NCBI GenBank assembly: GCA_001643675.2
Contig: LSRY02000041.1
Coordinates: 124,001 to 188,000 of the forward strand
Direction of reading: 5' to 3'
From: Monocercomonoides exilis PA203
Taxonomy: Eukaryota; Protista; Preaxostyla
Length of the DNA: 64,000 nucleotides
The notes under the pieces: model-generated
Told to the model about the DNA's origin: nothing
Database searches by the model: none
The model's input: the letters and a program-made list of their open reading frames with translations, nothing else
Shown here: one piece after another, positions 37,101 to 50,900 of the stretch
How the letters are laid out: each line of letters opens with the position of its first letter
Position numbering within the stretch: position 1 is the stretch's first letter
Made by a program: the position numbers and the translations under genes

Positions 37101-37197
37101 CACAATTGAGCGATATGTTGAGTTTTTAATACCGCATGCAATAAGTTCTTATGCATCTATGAAAGAGCTTCAGAAGAAGAAAAAAGGTTATCATTAA
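34168..37197 (+). CDS. Downstream exons of a hypothetical ARM-like/charged coiled-coil protein (likely the same gene as 30814)
   Basis: ORF 34207..36117 (LCKVGLLVSICRLL, E/R-rich coil) can splice in frame via 36089-36189 and 36209-36440 to ORF 36406..37197. Confidence 0.55.
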
Positions 37198-37399
37198 TGA
37201 TTCTGATGTGAATTTGACTTTTTGCTTTGTTCTAAACAAAATGTAAATAAATATGTTTCTTATAGAAGATTTTCCTTTTTTTCAAATTTGATATTTGTAT
37301 TTTTGGAAGCAAATGGTTATTCTCTGATCATGAAAAAAGACGGATTTCTCGACAAAATAATTTTGATAAGAAATAATTTATAAATAAGATTCATCAAAA

Positions 37400-38250
37400 C
37401 ACTTTGTTATTTGCTTCTAAAAAAGGAAGGATGAACGAATGATATACGGACTGAATATTTCAGAGAATGTTCATCTCATAATAATATCACATTCCTTCTG
37501 TTTTTCTTTTTTCCCAAAACCTCAATGACGCTTCCAACATGCAGCAGATATCAATAAGTCTTGTTCCCTTTCAAACAAATCACTCAAATGTTAAATAAAA
37601 CAATTTTTTCACAACAAACTATGAATATGCAAAATAATCCTTGAAAGTAATATCTCCTTCAAAGTCATTATCAAATTTTCAGAAATGTTTTTCACTTTAA
37701 CAAATGATCACATCTTCGTGTCCTTCATCTACAATCTTTTCAAATATCACCCTTTAATGTTATTCCATGTAATGAAATTTTCTTTCTCAAATACAATTCT
37801 CTCCAAGGTAATCCCAAATTGTGAAAAAGAATCTCGAACATACTCGTTTTGTTCATCCTTCAGTATTAATAGAAATGTTACCTCCAAAATGATTTCTACA
37901 GATCCTTTTTTTCAGCAAGTCGTACACATTTTTGCTGTGATGATTCATAATTGAAATAAAAGCATTGACGCTTTGTTCAATAATCTCTTTGATGTTTCCC
38001 TTTGATAATTTACAAAGCATTATCAAGCATTCAATCAGTTCGAAGTTCAATATTTTGTTCAAATGACTGTCAGAAATATACTCATTGATTGAAGCACACA
38101 ACCTTATAATTATTCACATTTCTTTCTTTTCTCTTTCTCATTTGTCCTTTCTCTTCCAATCCACTCATTCTGTAAGCTCTTCCAATTCTGACGCTGCTTC
38201 CTAAATCAAACACTGTTCGAACACAGAAACTGCACCCAATTCATAAGTTG
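37400..38250 (-). pseudogene. Decayed copy of a multicopy helical-repeat gene family
   Basis: Coding-like text (ELEELTE*VDWKRK, LIECLIMLCKLSKG) with several in-frame stops. Confidence 0.4.
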
Positions 38251-38953
38251 AATTTCATCTGTTTATTAAAAGGTAAAAAATCTATTGATAAACAAGATGT
38301 GATATTTTGCATTTTTCCAGAAGAAAATTAGCAAATTGTTGAATATTGTTCAGAAACAAGAAAATTTCAATGATCAGTTTTTTTATTTTTAAAAATAAAC
38401 AATTGTCTATGACTTGAATTCATTATTATGATAAAAATAACATCTGAAACTTTTATACTCACATTGATTTTAAAACTTCTTTTAAAAAGCTGTTTATTTG
38501 AGATTTCAAATTAAATCTGATTATGTTTTATGAATTTTCTGGTATTGCTTTTTTTCATCGTTAAGAATACATTGTGCCTTTTTTGTGTAATAATTTAAAG
38601 TATATTTTTAGAAGAAATAGCATCATAAATCAAAATATTTTTATTTTTATTTCAAAAATAACTTTTAGATTTCTTGGGAAAATAATCAAAAAAACAAAGA
38701 CAATATAAAAATAGTAAATTTAAATTATATTCAAATGAACTCAAAATTTTGCACGAAAGCTCAATATTCGTTTTTTTGAAAAAGACTTGATCCAACCATA
38801 CAGCCAACTTTTATTATTTGATTAATTTATTATTTTTTTGTTCAAGCCAAATTGGAAATTGTTGAAAAGGGTTATTTGCATTTTTCCCAATGCTAAAAGA
38901 GCCTGAAATAGGTTAAAAATATTTATTTACTCATTTGAAAAAGATAACAAGTT

Positions 38954-41900
38954 TTGAATATTTTTATTTATTTCTTGTCAACCCTTGAAATCACAGGAAA
39001 TTTATTTAAAAAATGCAACCGTTTTGATATATCATTAGCGTCTAAAGTCTTTGTTCCTGAAAGAAAGGCATTGCTTGATCTTCTTCAAGAAGTCATAAAT
39101 CAATCCTCGAGATCACATTTATCCTCCCTGATTCCAGAGCTATTCGCTGATGTTCGCTCACTAATTCTTCGTTTAAATTTGTACGAAGCGAATCGATCGA
39201 CAAATGTCGTGGATCTCTTTCGATATACTCGGAGAGTTATTGATTTGAAAGAAAATGAACTGAAGCGAAATATGCTAAAGCGTTATCAAAAAATTCATTA
39301 TCGCTACCAAGAAGAACAACTTAAATTGAACACTGTGCATTCACATAACTTATTAAACTTCACTTTAAATCCGACTACCCCAAGAACCAGATTACCATCA
39401 GGTCGCTTTTTGGATGATCCGATTCATTTGGCCCAAAACACATATCGAAGAATTAGAGATGGAATGGATATAAAAGCTGCACTCACTCTTTACGAGAAAG
39501 ATAACATACGAGAAAAGCATGATCAAAGTGATCGTACAAAAACAACTCAAAATGCGACACGTGAAGAAATGGAGCATCCAAATCATTTTGCGTCGATGTA
39601 TTCTTCTCCCATATTTCCCCACAGCGCACACTTGGGCGACAATTCGCCCTCCTCTGCATCGACATTCTACTTGTTGCTCTCTCCACCAAAGTCATCAGAG
39701 CTTCGTATGCCTGTCTTAACACAGCCGAGCAAGCTGCAGTCAACAACAACAAATCCTTTGAAGAATGAGAGACAAAATGAGAGCATTCATCTTCCTCGTG
39801 TTTCAGCAAGGGCTGTTGGTGGGCACGTGACCATTCAAGATGAAGGGATTGATTACGCTTCAGCAACATCTCATTCCATTTCTGAAGGATTTTGGAAATC
39901 TAATGAAAGAAAAACGGAAATGAATGAGGAACAAAAGAAAACATACAACCAGAAAGGACAGAAAAGCATGCAAGTCACATCTCAGTTGCCTGCCAAATCA
40001 GCCTCATCATCGAAACTGACTGATTCAGCAAAGAGCATTCTTGATAGAATGCAGAATTGTTCATTCTCTTCTCTTCCACTCAACAAGTTCACTCAAACAA
40101 AGGTGAATGCAGAAGATAAGACAAACACTGCAACTGATTACAAACAGCAGCTTATTTCATTTTTCTTTCCAACTGAAGCTGAACCAGCTAATTCACCGAT
40201 TGTCACAGCCACCACGCAAATCTTTGTGTTCTTGTTTCTGTTGACACTTCGTCAGCAGAAGGAAGAGGCAGAACTGAATGGGAAATGCTTTCACTCTGAG
40301 AACTGGATGTTGGAGCTGGTTGAGTTCTGCTCAGAGCCACACAGCAAAAACAATAATGACTCGAATGAATCATCAAATAGCTGCAATGCAAAGAATGAAA
40401 TGAACATCAGTTTGCCAATGAGAAGGACAAGTTCAAATGCAAATGACATATTTATGAATGGTTCATATTCTTCCTTTTCATCATTTACTTCATCATCATC
40501 TCCTCCTTCTTCTTCTCTTTCACCATATCGCTCAACTCATTCCTCATCCAATTTCACCAACATTCCCTTCTTTTTGTCCTCTTCTTTTCTTCGCTGCCTC
40601 TCTTTGCTGTCTGCTCAGCTCCTGTTTGCTGTATGTGATGCTCCTCTTTCTGCTATTTCTGCTCTCCGCCCGTTTTTCGGAGTGTCTGCAATGGATTGGC
40701 TCTTCTCCTCTGACTTTGTACTTTCTCTTCTCTCTTCTTCTTCTTCCTCTTCTTCTCATTCTTCTCCATCTTCATCTTCATTATCATCATCATCATCAAT
40801 TGATTCATCATCATCATCTTCTTCTTCTTTTCTTCCTCTTCCTAAAAGTGCTCTGCAAACATTCGAAGCACTTTCAGCTGATGTTGTTTCGAGACAATTG
40901 TGGGAATCGTCCTCTTTCGATACAAAAGTCAGCGAAGGAATATTTTCTATGTTCCGATCCAAACAAGAAGTTGCCTCCAATTTGAGAGCGAAGCACACTT
41001 CAGACAGACTGAAGAAGAATGATAGTTTGAATAGAAATATCTGCTTTTTTTCAAAATAAATTTAATATTTTATTTTTTATCTGAATGCAATTTTTTATTT
41101 ATTTTTACCTTCAAAAAAAATGATTTTTCATTTTTTTCTTTCCTTATTTTGAATTTCACTCTTTTACTTTCTTCTTTCTCTCCTAACACTTTCAATGCTT
41201 ATCAAATATAGTCATCAGCGCATCTGCCAAGTCACAGCTGCTGAGTGCCTCGAATGAGGTCACAGAACAATATGCTCCTTTGACTGAGACATTGAAATGC
41301 ATCCATCATCACAGACGATTTATGAACGACCAGGAATATTCCACAAACACTCAACAGCCTTCTTTTTCTGATGCTCAGTCAAATAACAGCTCAATTTCAT
41401 CATCATCATCAACATCTTCTTCTTCTTCTTCTTCCTCCTCCTCCTCTTCCTCTTCCTCTCAATCTTCTTCCTCTTCCCTTCATCCAAAGAAGATCACCCC
41501 CAGTTTCGGAGGCTGTTTGGGGAGGATGGCGCAGATGGTGCATGTTCTCCACAAAACATCTTCTTCTGAACACAAATCAGTTCTGTCAGCTGCACTCAGA
41601 CAGAAAGAGAAGAATGAGGCGATCGCAATGGCATCTGGAGATGTGGTTGTTGCGGAGTGGCTGAAGAGAAATGTGAAGGAAGAAGAGGAAGAAGAAAGAA
41701 AAGAAGGAAAAATTGATGAAGAAAAAGAAAAAGAAAAATTTTCAAGTTCATCGTCATCATCGTCTTCTCCTTCTTCCTCATTTTCAGCTTCTCCTTCTTC
41801 TCCTCCTCCTTCTTTGCTGTCTCCAACACTCAGATCAGACTCATTTCAGCTCTCAAAGAACAAAACAGCAGACTCTCGCATTCATCCTCGTCTGCGCACA

Positions 41901-44900
41901 GCCAATCTTCCTCGCTCGCCTCTTTCAACACACACTTCATCTGCTCCATCACCATCCATTTCACCTTCTCCTTTCTCTTCTTTATCATCTTCTTCCTCCT
42001 CCTCTTCTTCTTCTTCGTCGTCGTCGTCATCTTCTTCATCATCATCTTCTTCTTCTCTTCCACCTTCTTCTCTTTCTCCCTTGTCCAACTCCACCTCCTT
42101 CCAGAAGTTAAGTTCTGCCAAGAAGATCAAGCGCCTCAAGAAGGATTCGAACCTTCGCCTGCTGTCGAGCCGTGTGTTGCGCCATCTTCGCACTCTTCAG
42201 AATGAGCAACTGGAGAAAGAGCTACTTCAACAACAGCAGCAGCAAATGAGGATGAACCAGCAGATGAGTCAACAGCAACAGCAGCAGCAGCGGATGAACA
42301 GTTTTACTCCAACTGTCAGATTTGAGCTTCCACCTTCTGATGAGTCTGCTTCAAATGAGACATCAAATGAGGGTAATGGGCAGATGGAGGTGGAAGAGGA
42401 AAGACAAACTTCTGTTGGGAATGCAACAGCAGATGCAATTGACACAGCAAGTGTGAATGAAAGTGGAAGTGTCAATGACAATAGCAATGGAAGTTTCAAT
42501 ATGAATGAGAATATGAGTGAGAATGGCAGTTATGCTGCTTCATTAACTTCTTCTCTGTCTCCCTCTGTTTCTCTTCCTCTTTCCTCTTCTCATTCAACAT
42601 ATCTTCCCCATCTTCCCCACTCATCTCATCCATCTCAACTAACACTCTCTGCACAAGTTCCTCTTTTATCTCTTAATTCTTCTTCTCCTTCTCTTTCATC
42701 CCTTTCCTCCTTTTCTTCTCTCTCTCCTCTCCCTTCTCTCTCCTCTCCTTCTTCAAGCAGCGTCCGAACAAGATCTCTTGCTGCATCTGACAGACGTGCC
42801 GGCTTCTGCAAAGAGCACATCCCAGCGCCGTTGGAATACGAAGAGCAGCTGTACTCAATCTTCACTCCGCCTTCGTCGCCTGTGAAGAAAGAAGGAAACA
42901 TGCTTCTCTCTGGCCATTCAGCTGTTTATTCTGCTTCTGCTTCTATTTCTTCTTCTCGCCCAATACTCTCATCTTCATATTCTGTCTCTTTCACTCCTTC
43001 CTTCACTCCTTCTGTTCCTTCTACCATTTCTCCTTCAACTTCCTTCCTTCCTTCTTCTGCTTCTGTTTCTTCCTCTTCTATTTCTCCTGTCTCATCCATC
43101 TTGCCTATCTCCCCAATCTCCACTCTCCCTTCTGTCCCTTCTCTTCCTTCTGCTGCCTCTTCTCCTTCTTCTCCTTCTGACTCTGATGCTGACATGCCCC
43201 CAAATAATCGCTTCATCCACTCACTAAGCAAGTCTCTGTCTGAAATACTGTCAAAGAAATCAGCAGAAATCACAACTATTTCATCTTCTGGTAATCTTCC
43301 TCAGCCAACTAAATCTATTTTGGCTTCTTCTTCTTCTTCTTCTTCTTCTTCTTCTTCATTTGTTCTTTCCCATACCTCCAGTCTCCCAACCCCCTCCACT
43401 TCGATCTATGCCATTCTCTCTCAGCGCTCAGATGAAGAGCTGCTGTGTCTGATTGAATCATATCTGGCTGATTCAATGAAGAAGACGAAGAAGCGCATCA
43501 AAATGGAATTCAACGAAGAAGAGAGGGAACTGATGGAGTTGAGAAGAAGCAAGAAAGAACGATTGAAGCAGCTGAGGGCAGTGCGAGCAGCAGAGAAAGC
43601 AGAAGAAGAGAGGAGGAGGAGGAAGAGCGAGATGAAAGCGAAAGAGGAGAAGGAGGCGCTGCAAGCAGAGGCCGAGCGGATGATGGAGAACAGCACATAT
43701 GCTGTGCTTAGACAGAAGGCGCTGATTGCACAAATAGGAAATGACATCCCAAAAGTGCAGAGGATGTTCCCAGCTGCTGCAAAGTGTTTGGAGTGGAACA
43801 TAACAAAAGGAATTGAATGGTTGGCTCATGAAAATATCACTTACAGAGAATTGGCAAATAATCCGGATTTCCCAACGTTGGGCTTTGGAATAATAATATC
43901 TCCTTCTGAAGCACGCAAGAATCCATCATTATTATTATTATCTTCTTCCTCTTCTTCATCTTCCTCCTCCTCCTCCACAAAACACCCCACCAATCATATG
44001 ACCTCTCCTCCTTCCATCGCCAACACCAAAGCAATTGACAAGAGTGTTTCTATTCTCCTTCGCCGTGCCGAAAGCATCGCCTCCTCCTCTCATTCTGCCT
44101 TCGTCTTCCACTCTGTCGACTTTGTTGTGCTCAAAGTGACCCGCCTCTTCTCCTCCCGCGCCTTCGTCCTGGCTGCCTCGCTGGGACTGTCTGGTGCTGA
44201 GCTCACTGCCATCTGGAGGCTGTTTGTGTTGTGTGTGTCTTCTGCCCATTCGCTCGTGCTGCTGCCAAATCAATCGCTCCACACGCTGTTTGTGGGGTGT
44301 GTCTACGTCGTCGCTGCCATCTTCGCACAGACGGTGCTGTCAACACTGTTTGAGCAGGAGGTGGATGATGTTGATGAACTGATGGAGAAGGAAGAAGGAG
44401 AAGGAAGAGGAAATGGAGAAGGAGATGATATGATCATAACAAACAACAAAGACACACCAAGATGGGTGTATCAGCTGTTTGAGGGAGAGAAAGAGAAAGA
44501 AGAGAGGAAGGATCTGCTAAAGAAGAGGCAGCAGCAGCGGAAGGAGATGCGGAATTCGCAGCTGCTTTCGAATGGTGTTGTGTTTTCGCAGTGGTGTGAG
44601 GCGTTTGTGAGGTATTCGCTTGTTGGGCTGACAACAGACAGGATTCTGCAGCCACGTGCATTTCTGAGCAGTGTCAGTGCAGTGGATCCATCAAAGAGTT
44701 CAGTGGCTGAGCTGATGAAGCAGAAGAAGAAGGAGAAGAAGGAGATGGAGAAGAAACAGAAGATGATGACAATGATGAATCAGAACAACGCAACTTTCAG
44801 TGGAAATGGAGCGAGTTCATCTGATTCTCTGATGAATAGCAACATCAATCGTGTCAGCAATGAAGCAGGATTCAAAGAAGTCAACAAAAATGCGAATAAA

Positions 44901-47900
44901 AGCACAAAAAAGACAAATCCATCCATTCTGACGCTGTCACAGATCATCTCCACATACTGCAGATGCTTCCCTTCTGTCACAAACACATTGGAATCGAATC
45001 GATTCAATCAAAATGCAACTGGCTTTTCTGAAAAAGCTAACAAAAGTGCTGTTTCTGTTGGCTCTGCCACTCCTCCTCTGACTCCAACATTTTCTCCGCC
45101 TTCTTCTCCATCTCTCACTCCTTCAATGTCTTCTTCTTCGTTCTCTCCTTCCTCTTTTCCTTCCTCTCCTTCTTCCTCATCCTCTTCTTCCTCTTCTTTT
45201 GGTATTCCAACAGCATCGCTTGCTTCTTCTCCTCTTCTTCCGTCTGTCACATCATCTTCCACTTCATCTGAACATTCCAATCAATTCAATCACCAGCATC
45301 ATTGTTCATCATCATCTTCTTCTTCTTCTTCTTCTTCTTCTTCCTCCTCCTCCTCTTCATCTTCATCTTCATCTTTCCATTTCTCTTCCCTCCCTCTTTT
45401 CCTCCAGCCCCGTTTCGTCGCCCATTACATCAACACTCTCTTCATTCCTGAGCTCCATCGTGAATTGGACGGCATATCAGCTGCGTTTGAGGCAGAGCTG
45501 AGAGATTTCGAAAAGCAGAGAGCGAATTACGTGGCTGAACAGCAGCGAGTGAAGGACAAAGAGAAGTCAGCGCCAAAAGGCGCACTCAGAAATATGCAGG
45601 TCATTCCGAAATCTTTGCGTTCTTCTTCTTCTTCTTCCTCCTCCTCCTCTTCTGCTTCCTCTTCTTCCTCTTCATCATCATCTTCTTCTTCTCATGAGAA
45701 TTCAACAGCACTTGTGCCTCTTTCACATCCATCGACCAATTATTACTATGGAATGAAGCAGAGGAACATTCCTCACCCTCAGCTGATGCCTCCTCCTGGT
45801 TCATCATCTTCTTCTGCTTCTTCTTCAACTTCTTCTGTTTCTTTTCGTTCTCGTTTATCTTCCTCTTCTTTAACTTCTTCTTCTTCTTCTCATTTCTCCT
45901 CTCTTTCCTCCACCGCCTCTCGTCTTTTGGGCAAGTCTTCTTTGAATTCTCGTCTTTCCATTGTTCCCTCACACTCCCGGCGCTCCAGCAAGCATCAAGC
46001 ACATCCTCCACTTAGCCCTCTCACTCGCACACAGACACAGCCACAAACACAGACGCAAAAGATGAACATCAACAACTTGCTGAGAAGTGCTAATGATGAA
46101 GTGAAAATGGAGAAAGAGAGAGAGAAAGAGAGAGAAAGAGAGAAAGAAAGAGAGAGAAATGGAAGTGGAAGTGGAATGGGAATGGCTCCATTGAATGAAG
46201 CGCCGAGTGTTCTGTCTCAAACAGTGAAGCAGATGAAGAAAGAGATGATTGAGATAAGCAAAGGAGATGTTGTGAAAAGAGAAGAAGACATGATCGGTGA
46301 GGATGGTGACAAGGGAAGAATAACACCAACAAATTCAACAGAAATGACATCAGATGCTTCTGCTCCTTCATCAGAAGCATCAACTGTAATAGCATCTTCA
46401 ATAACTTCTTCTTCTGCTGCTTCTGCTGCTTCAAATACTTCTTTTCCTCCTGCAACCTCATCATCCATTCCATCAAAGCAATTGCCTTCTCCCCGTTCTC
46501 CTTCAAAGAGAAGAAAGGGCATTCCATCTTCTTCTTCCTCTTCATCCTCCTCTCCTTCTCCTTCCTCTTCTCCCTCGTCTTCGCCCAATCCTTCCTCCAC
46601 CCCCAATTCCCCTCTTCCCCCTCATCCCTCTTCTCCCCTTCGCCATCAGCTGTCTGCCTCAGACATCGTCGAAGGGAAGAGACAAGTGCATGCTCCAAAG
46701 ATGTTAGACCTCGACTTCCGAAAGCCACACAGGGGAAAGCCAAAAAGAGGGAAGAAGATGATTGGGAAAGAGAATTCATTGTTTGCAGCGAGAGAGGCGA
46801 GGGAAGAAGGAGAAGATAGAGAGGAGAGGGAAGAAAGAGGAGGAAGTGGAATGGATAGCAATGGTGAAGGTGTAAGTGAAGGTGTGTCATCAGATAGAGA
46901 CAAGATGGATGAAAGTGACTCACTTGGATTTCTGAGTGAAGACGGAGAGTCTGCAAAGGAAGGGAAGAAAGAAGAAGAGGAAGAGAAGGAGGATGAGAAG
47001 AAGAAAGAAGGAAATGAAAATGAAAATGGGAATGACAATGAAGATGTTAACAACACAGTGAGTGATCCAAACAAAGTCAGTGAAGAACAACAAACTTACA
47101 CAAAAGAGGAAGAAGGAAGCTCAAATTCACTCAATCTTCAGTCTTCTTCTTCTTCTTCCACTTCTTCCACTTCTTCTGTGGCAAACAAAACAGAATCGCC
47201 TGGAAAATCAGTCAGAACAGCTGCCTCAACACACGCCCCGAATAAATTCTCTCCTCAAATCAAACTTTCGCGCAGGGCGAGAACAACAACACGCACATCG
47301 AAGTTGCTCAAAGCTGCAAATTTGCTACAGAATAATACAACTTCTGCTTCTTCTGCTTCTTCTTCCGCCTCTGCATCGTCAAATGCTGGCTTTCCAACTG
47401 CCTCTTTCCCTATATCAAATGCTCAAGCCAAGAATCCCTCTTCATCATCATCTTCTTCTTCTTCTGTTTCACTGCTGAGCATTCCATCAACTGCATTTGG
47501 AAGAACTCTCAAAAGAAGCGGCGGGAGAAAAGCGCTTGCTGCATTCAAGCGGACAATCTATAAAAAAGCACATACAGGCTCAAGAATTGCTCCACCCGAG
47601 TTCAAATCAGAAGTACTGGGGCTGACAAACAAGCTGGGTGGAATTAGCAATAACAACAATAACAATAACAATAATAGCAGCAAAAAGAAGAAGCTGTTGC
47701 GTGTGGGGATGGAGCAAGTGCCACTGGCTATTCCAAGAGGAAGACCTCCGAAGATGCGGAGGAAGAAGATGATGACGGCGATGGGGCTGAGTCAGCAGGG
47801 GCAGAAGAGTGAAGGAGGAGCAAGTGCAAATGTGACTGTGCAGAATGCGAGGCGTTTGGAGTCAACTGCTGCAACATTGGCGAGTAAGAGGAAGTTTGGA

Positions 47901-50900
47901 AACAAAGAGAAAGAGAAGGAGAAGGAGAAGGAGAAGGAGAGAGAAAAGGAAAAGGAGAAAGAGAAAGAGAAGGGAAGAATAATTTCTGTGTTTGATGAGC
48001 TTCCTCCAGATGAATTGGAGTATAGCAGGCAAAGAGGAGGGAAACGGAGAGGGCAAGCGAGTGTGAGAGGGAAAGGAAAAGCGAAAGGAAAAGCAATTCA
48101 ATCCAAAACAAGCCCGACAATAGGTTCAGATGCTGTTTTGAGTGAGCTGCTTTCGAGAGAGCTGGAGCTGCTGGGTGTGGCAGATGACAGCATCACATTT
48201 GACTCATCTGAATCTGACACGAGTGAGATGAGTGGAAGAAGCAGAAGTGACATTGAGGGGAATGAAGACGACGAGGAAGAGGAGGAGGAAGAGGAGGAGG
48301 AGAAAGAAGAGGATGACGAGGATGAAGAAGAGGAGGAAGAAGAAGAAGATGTGGAGTTGGACAGGATTCTCAGCGCAAAAATATCTTTGACAAGCACACG
48401 AGCCATCAGGCAGACACCGAAAAAGAACAGATCCATTTTTGAATATGACTCCTCATCCGCATTCAACTCTGCAAAAATGAGAGAAAACAGCTCAGTCGAA
48501 ACAACATTCAAAGCAGCTGAGATGAAAGAGAGGCAGAAGAAGGAAGCAGTCACGAAGCTGAAGGAGAACACACTGAAGCTGACACATGGAAGGATCATTC
48601 CGACAATCAAGCCAGCTGACCTTCTGCTTCCGACTAATCTTGTTCAGGAAGAAGAAAGAAAGGAAAAGACGCCAAAAAGAAAGATGTGGCCGAGAGGGAA
48701 AGGGAAGAACGTGTATTATTTGAAGCGGAATGAAGAGAGGAGAGAGAGAATGAACGGAGCAGGTGCAGCAGACTCAGAAGAAGCAGAGGAAGATAGCGAA
48801 AATGATGATAGTGATGATGATAACAGTGATGTTAGTGATGAAGAAGATAGTTTGGATATAACTCGTTCTGTTGACACGTCAAATGCCGATGAAACAGACA
48901 AGACGACAGAAAGAGAAGAAGACTCATACACACGCCCTGCCTTGCGCTTCCCTCACAAACAGCCAAAGACGCTTTCATCGACATCCCAAAAGAGCATCCA
49001 GAAGAAGTCACGTGTTACTTTCTCGCCCACTCCAACCATCGCCAGCGGAGAACTCAGTCCGACTCCTCTTCGCCTTTCGTCTCCCTCAGCCACGCCCACA
49101 AAGGAAAACAATGCGAAAGAAGAAGATGAGAATGCAATTGGCTCAGACGGAGGCAGAGAAGCGCTGCAGAGCCCGCGCAGAAGACACAGCAATCACAGTT
49201 TGGCGGCTGTTTCTGTGTCACGGAGACATCTTGTCTTGTCTGCCATCAGAGCAGCACTCGGCAGAGCAACACAGACACACCTCAGAGCAGCTGCAGCGAA
49301 TGGGTTTGTGACTGTGTCTTCTTCCTCCTCCTCCTCAGCTGGTCTGTCTAACCAGACAGGTTATGCAAATATCAATACCAATGGAAGTGATGGTAGAGGA
49401 GTGGATGACTTTGGGAATGCCACTCTGTTTGGGAGGAAGGGCAGACAGAAGACAGGGCTGGAGACGCTGTTTGTGCGGTCGATGCAGCAGATAGGGCAGA
49501 AAGAAGGCGCTGCTTTGCTCCACTCTCTCGGAAAGGCGCTGTCCCATCTTTTCAACCAGCTTGGGTCGCCTCAGCTTCCAAAGCCCACAACCATTCCTTC
49601 ATCGCATGCAGGGGCAACAGGAGGAATATTGGCGAATGATGCAAACTCGTTTCTGAGTCTGCTGTGTGGCACGAGGCTGTTCAGCTTGGGAGGAGAAGAT
49701 GCAGTGAGAGATGCACAACTGGTGGAGAACATGAGAAAGGAGATGAATGTGTGGAGAGGAGAAGGAAGGGCAGCTGTGGAAGGAGGGGACGCTGCAAATG
49801 GCACGGCGGAGCTGTTCTGCGAAGAAAGGGGAATCTACAGCACTGTGCCTGATGTGCAGAATAAGATCAATAGGAAGAATGATGGCAATAACTTCTCTTT
49901 GGTTGCAATGGAAAGAGAGTCATGTGCAATCAATGCGAATATTCTGCTTGACCCACTTTTGTTTGCTTCGTCTGTCTTTTTCGAAGACCAACAACTTCTG
50001 CTGTCTGCCTCAGAAAATACAATTTTAGTTCCTCCCCAAAGAACAGCATGTGTCCCATCCATCGGAGAAACTCTGCTTGAACTGACAAATCCATCTTTTC
50101 AGTTTGCTCCGCTGCGCATTGAACATCCACAGAAAGGAGAGCTGCATTCGATTCTGCCTTCTTCTCTCAAGTTTTCGTGGGCGCCTCTTGTCAACGTGTG
50201 CCCTCTCCCTCTTTCTCATCCACTCACTCCAATCATCCGCACTCTGCCTTCTCAATTGCTTTTAGCTCCTTTCTCTTCATCTGCTGTGTTCTCCATCCCT
50301 TCTTTATTCTCTTCTTCTTCTTCTTCTTCTTCTTCTTCTTCTTCTATTTCTATTTCTCCGTCCTCTACTATTTCTCCGTCCATGTCATCCTCCAGCACAA
50401 CACCTGCCATCATCTCATTCTCCACGCAGCCACTCAGCCCATCTGCTGCCTCGTCCAATCGCCTGCTGCTTCGTCTGCTGGCCACACGCACTGCACTCAA
50501 CGCTGTTGTCACTGCTGCTCGCCGGCTGATGGTGAAGAAAGACTTGTTCCACGAAATATCAGCCATTCTCGAGACACATCCTGCCCAGACGCCTTCCTCT
50601 TCTCCTTCGATGTCTATTTCTGCCTCTCTCATCCAGCGATTGAAAGCTGTTGGAGCAGCATCCACACAACAAGCAACATCTTCTGCTTCTTCTTCTTCTT
50701 CTGTTCAGCAAACATCTGACTCTCAGTCAACTTCATTGGCATCAAATATAACAGCAAATGCACAGGACATGAGTGGATCTTCAAGCACTGCTGCTGATGG
50801 AGTGAATATGACACCTGCTGGCAATTCAATGAACACAACAGGAACAGCAAGTGGAAGCGGTGGAGGAGGAGGAGGACTTCCCTATCAGATGAAGATTGGC

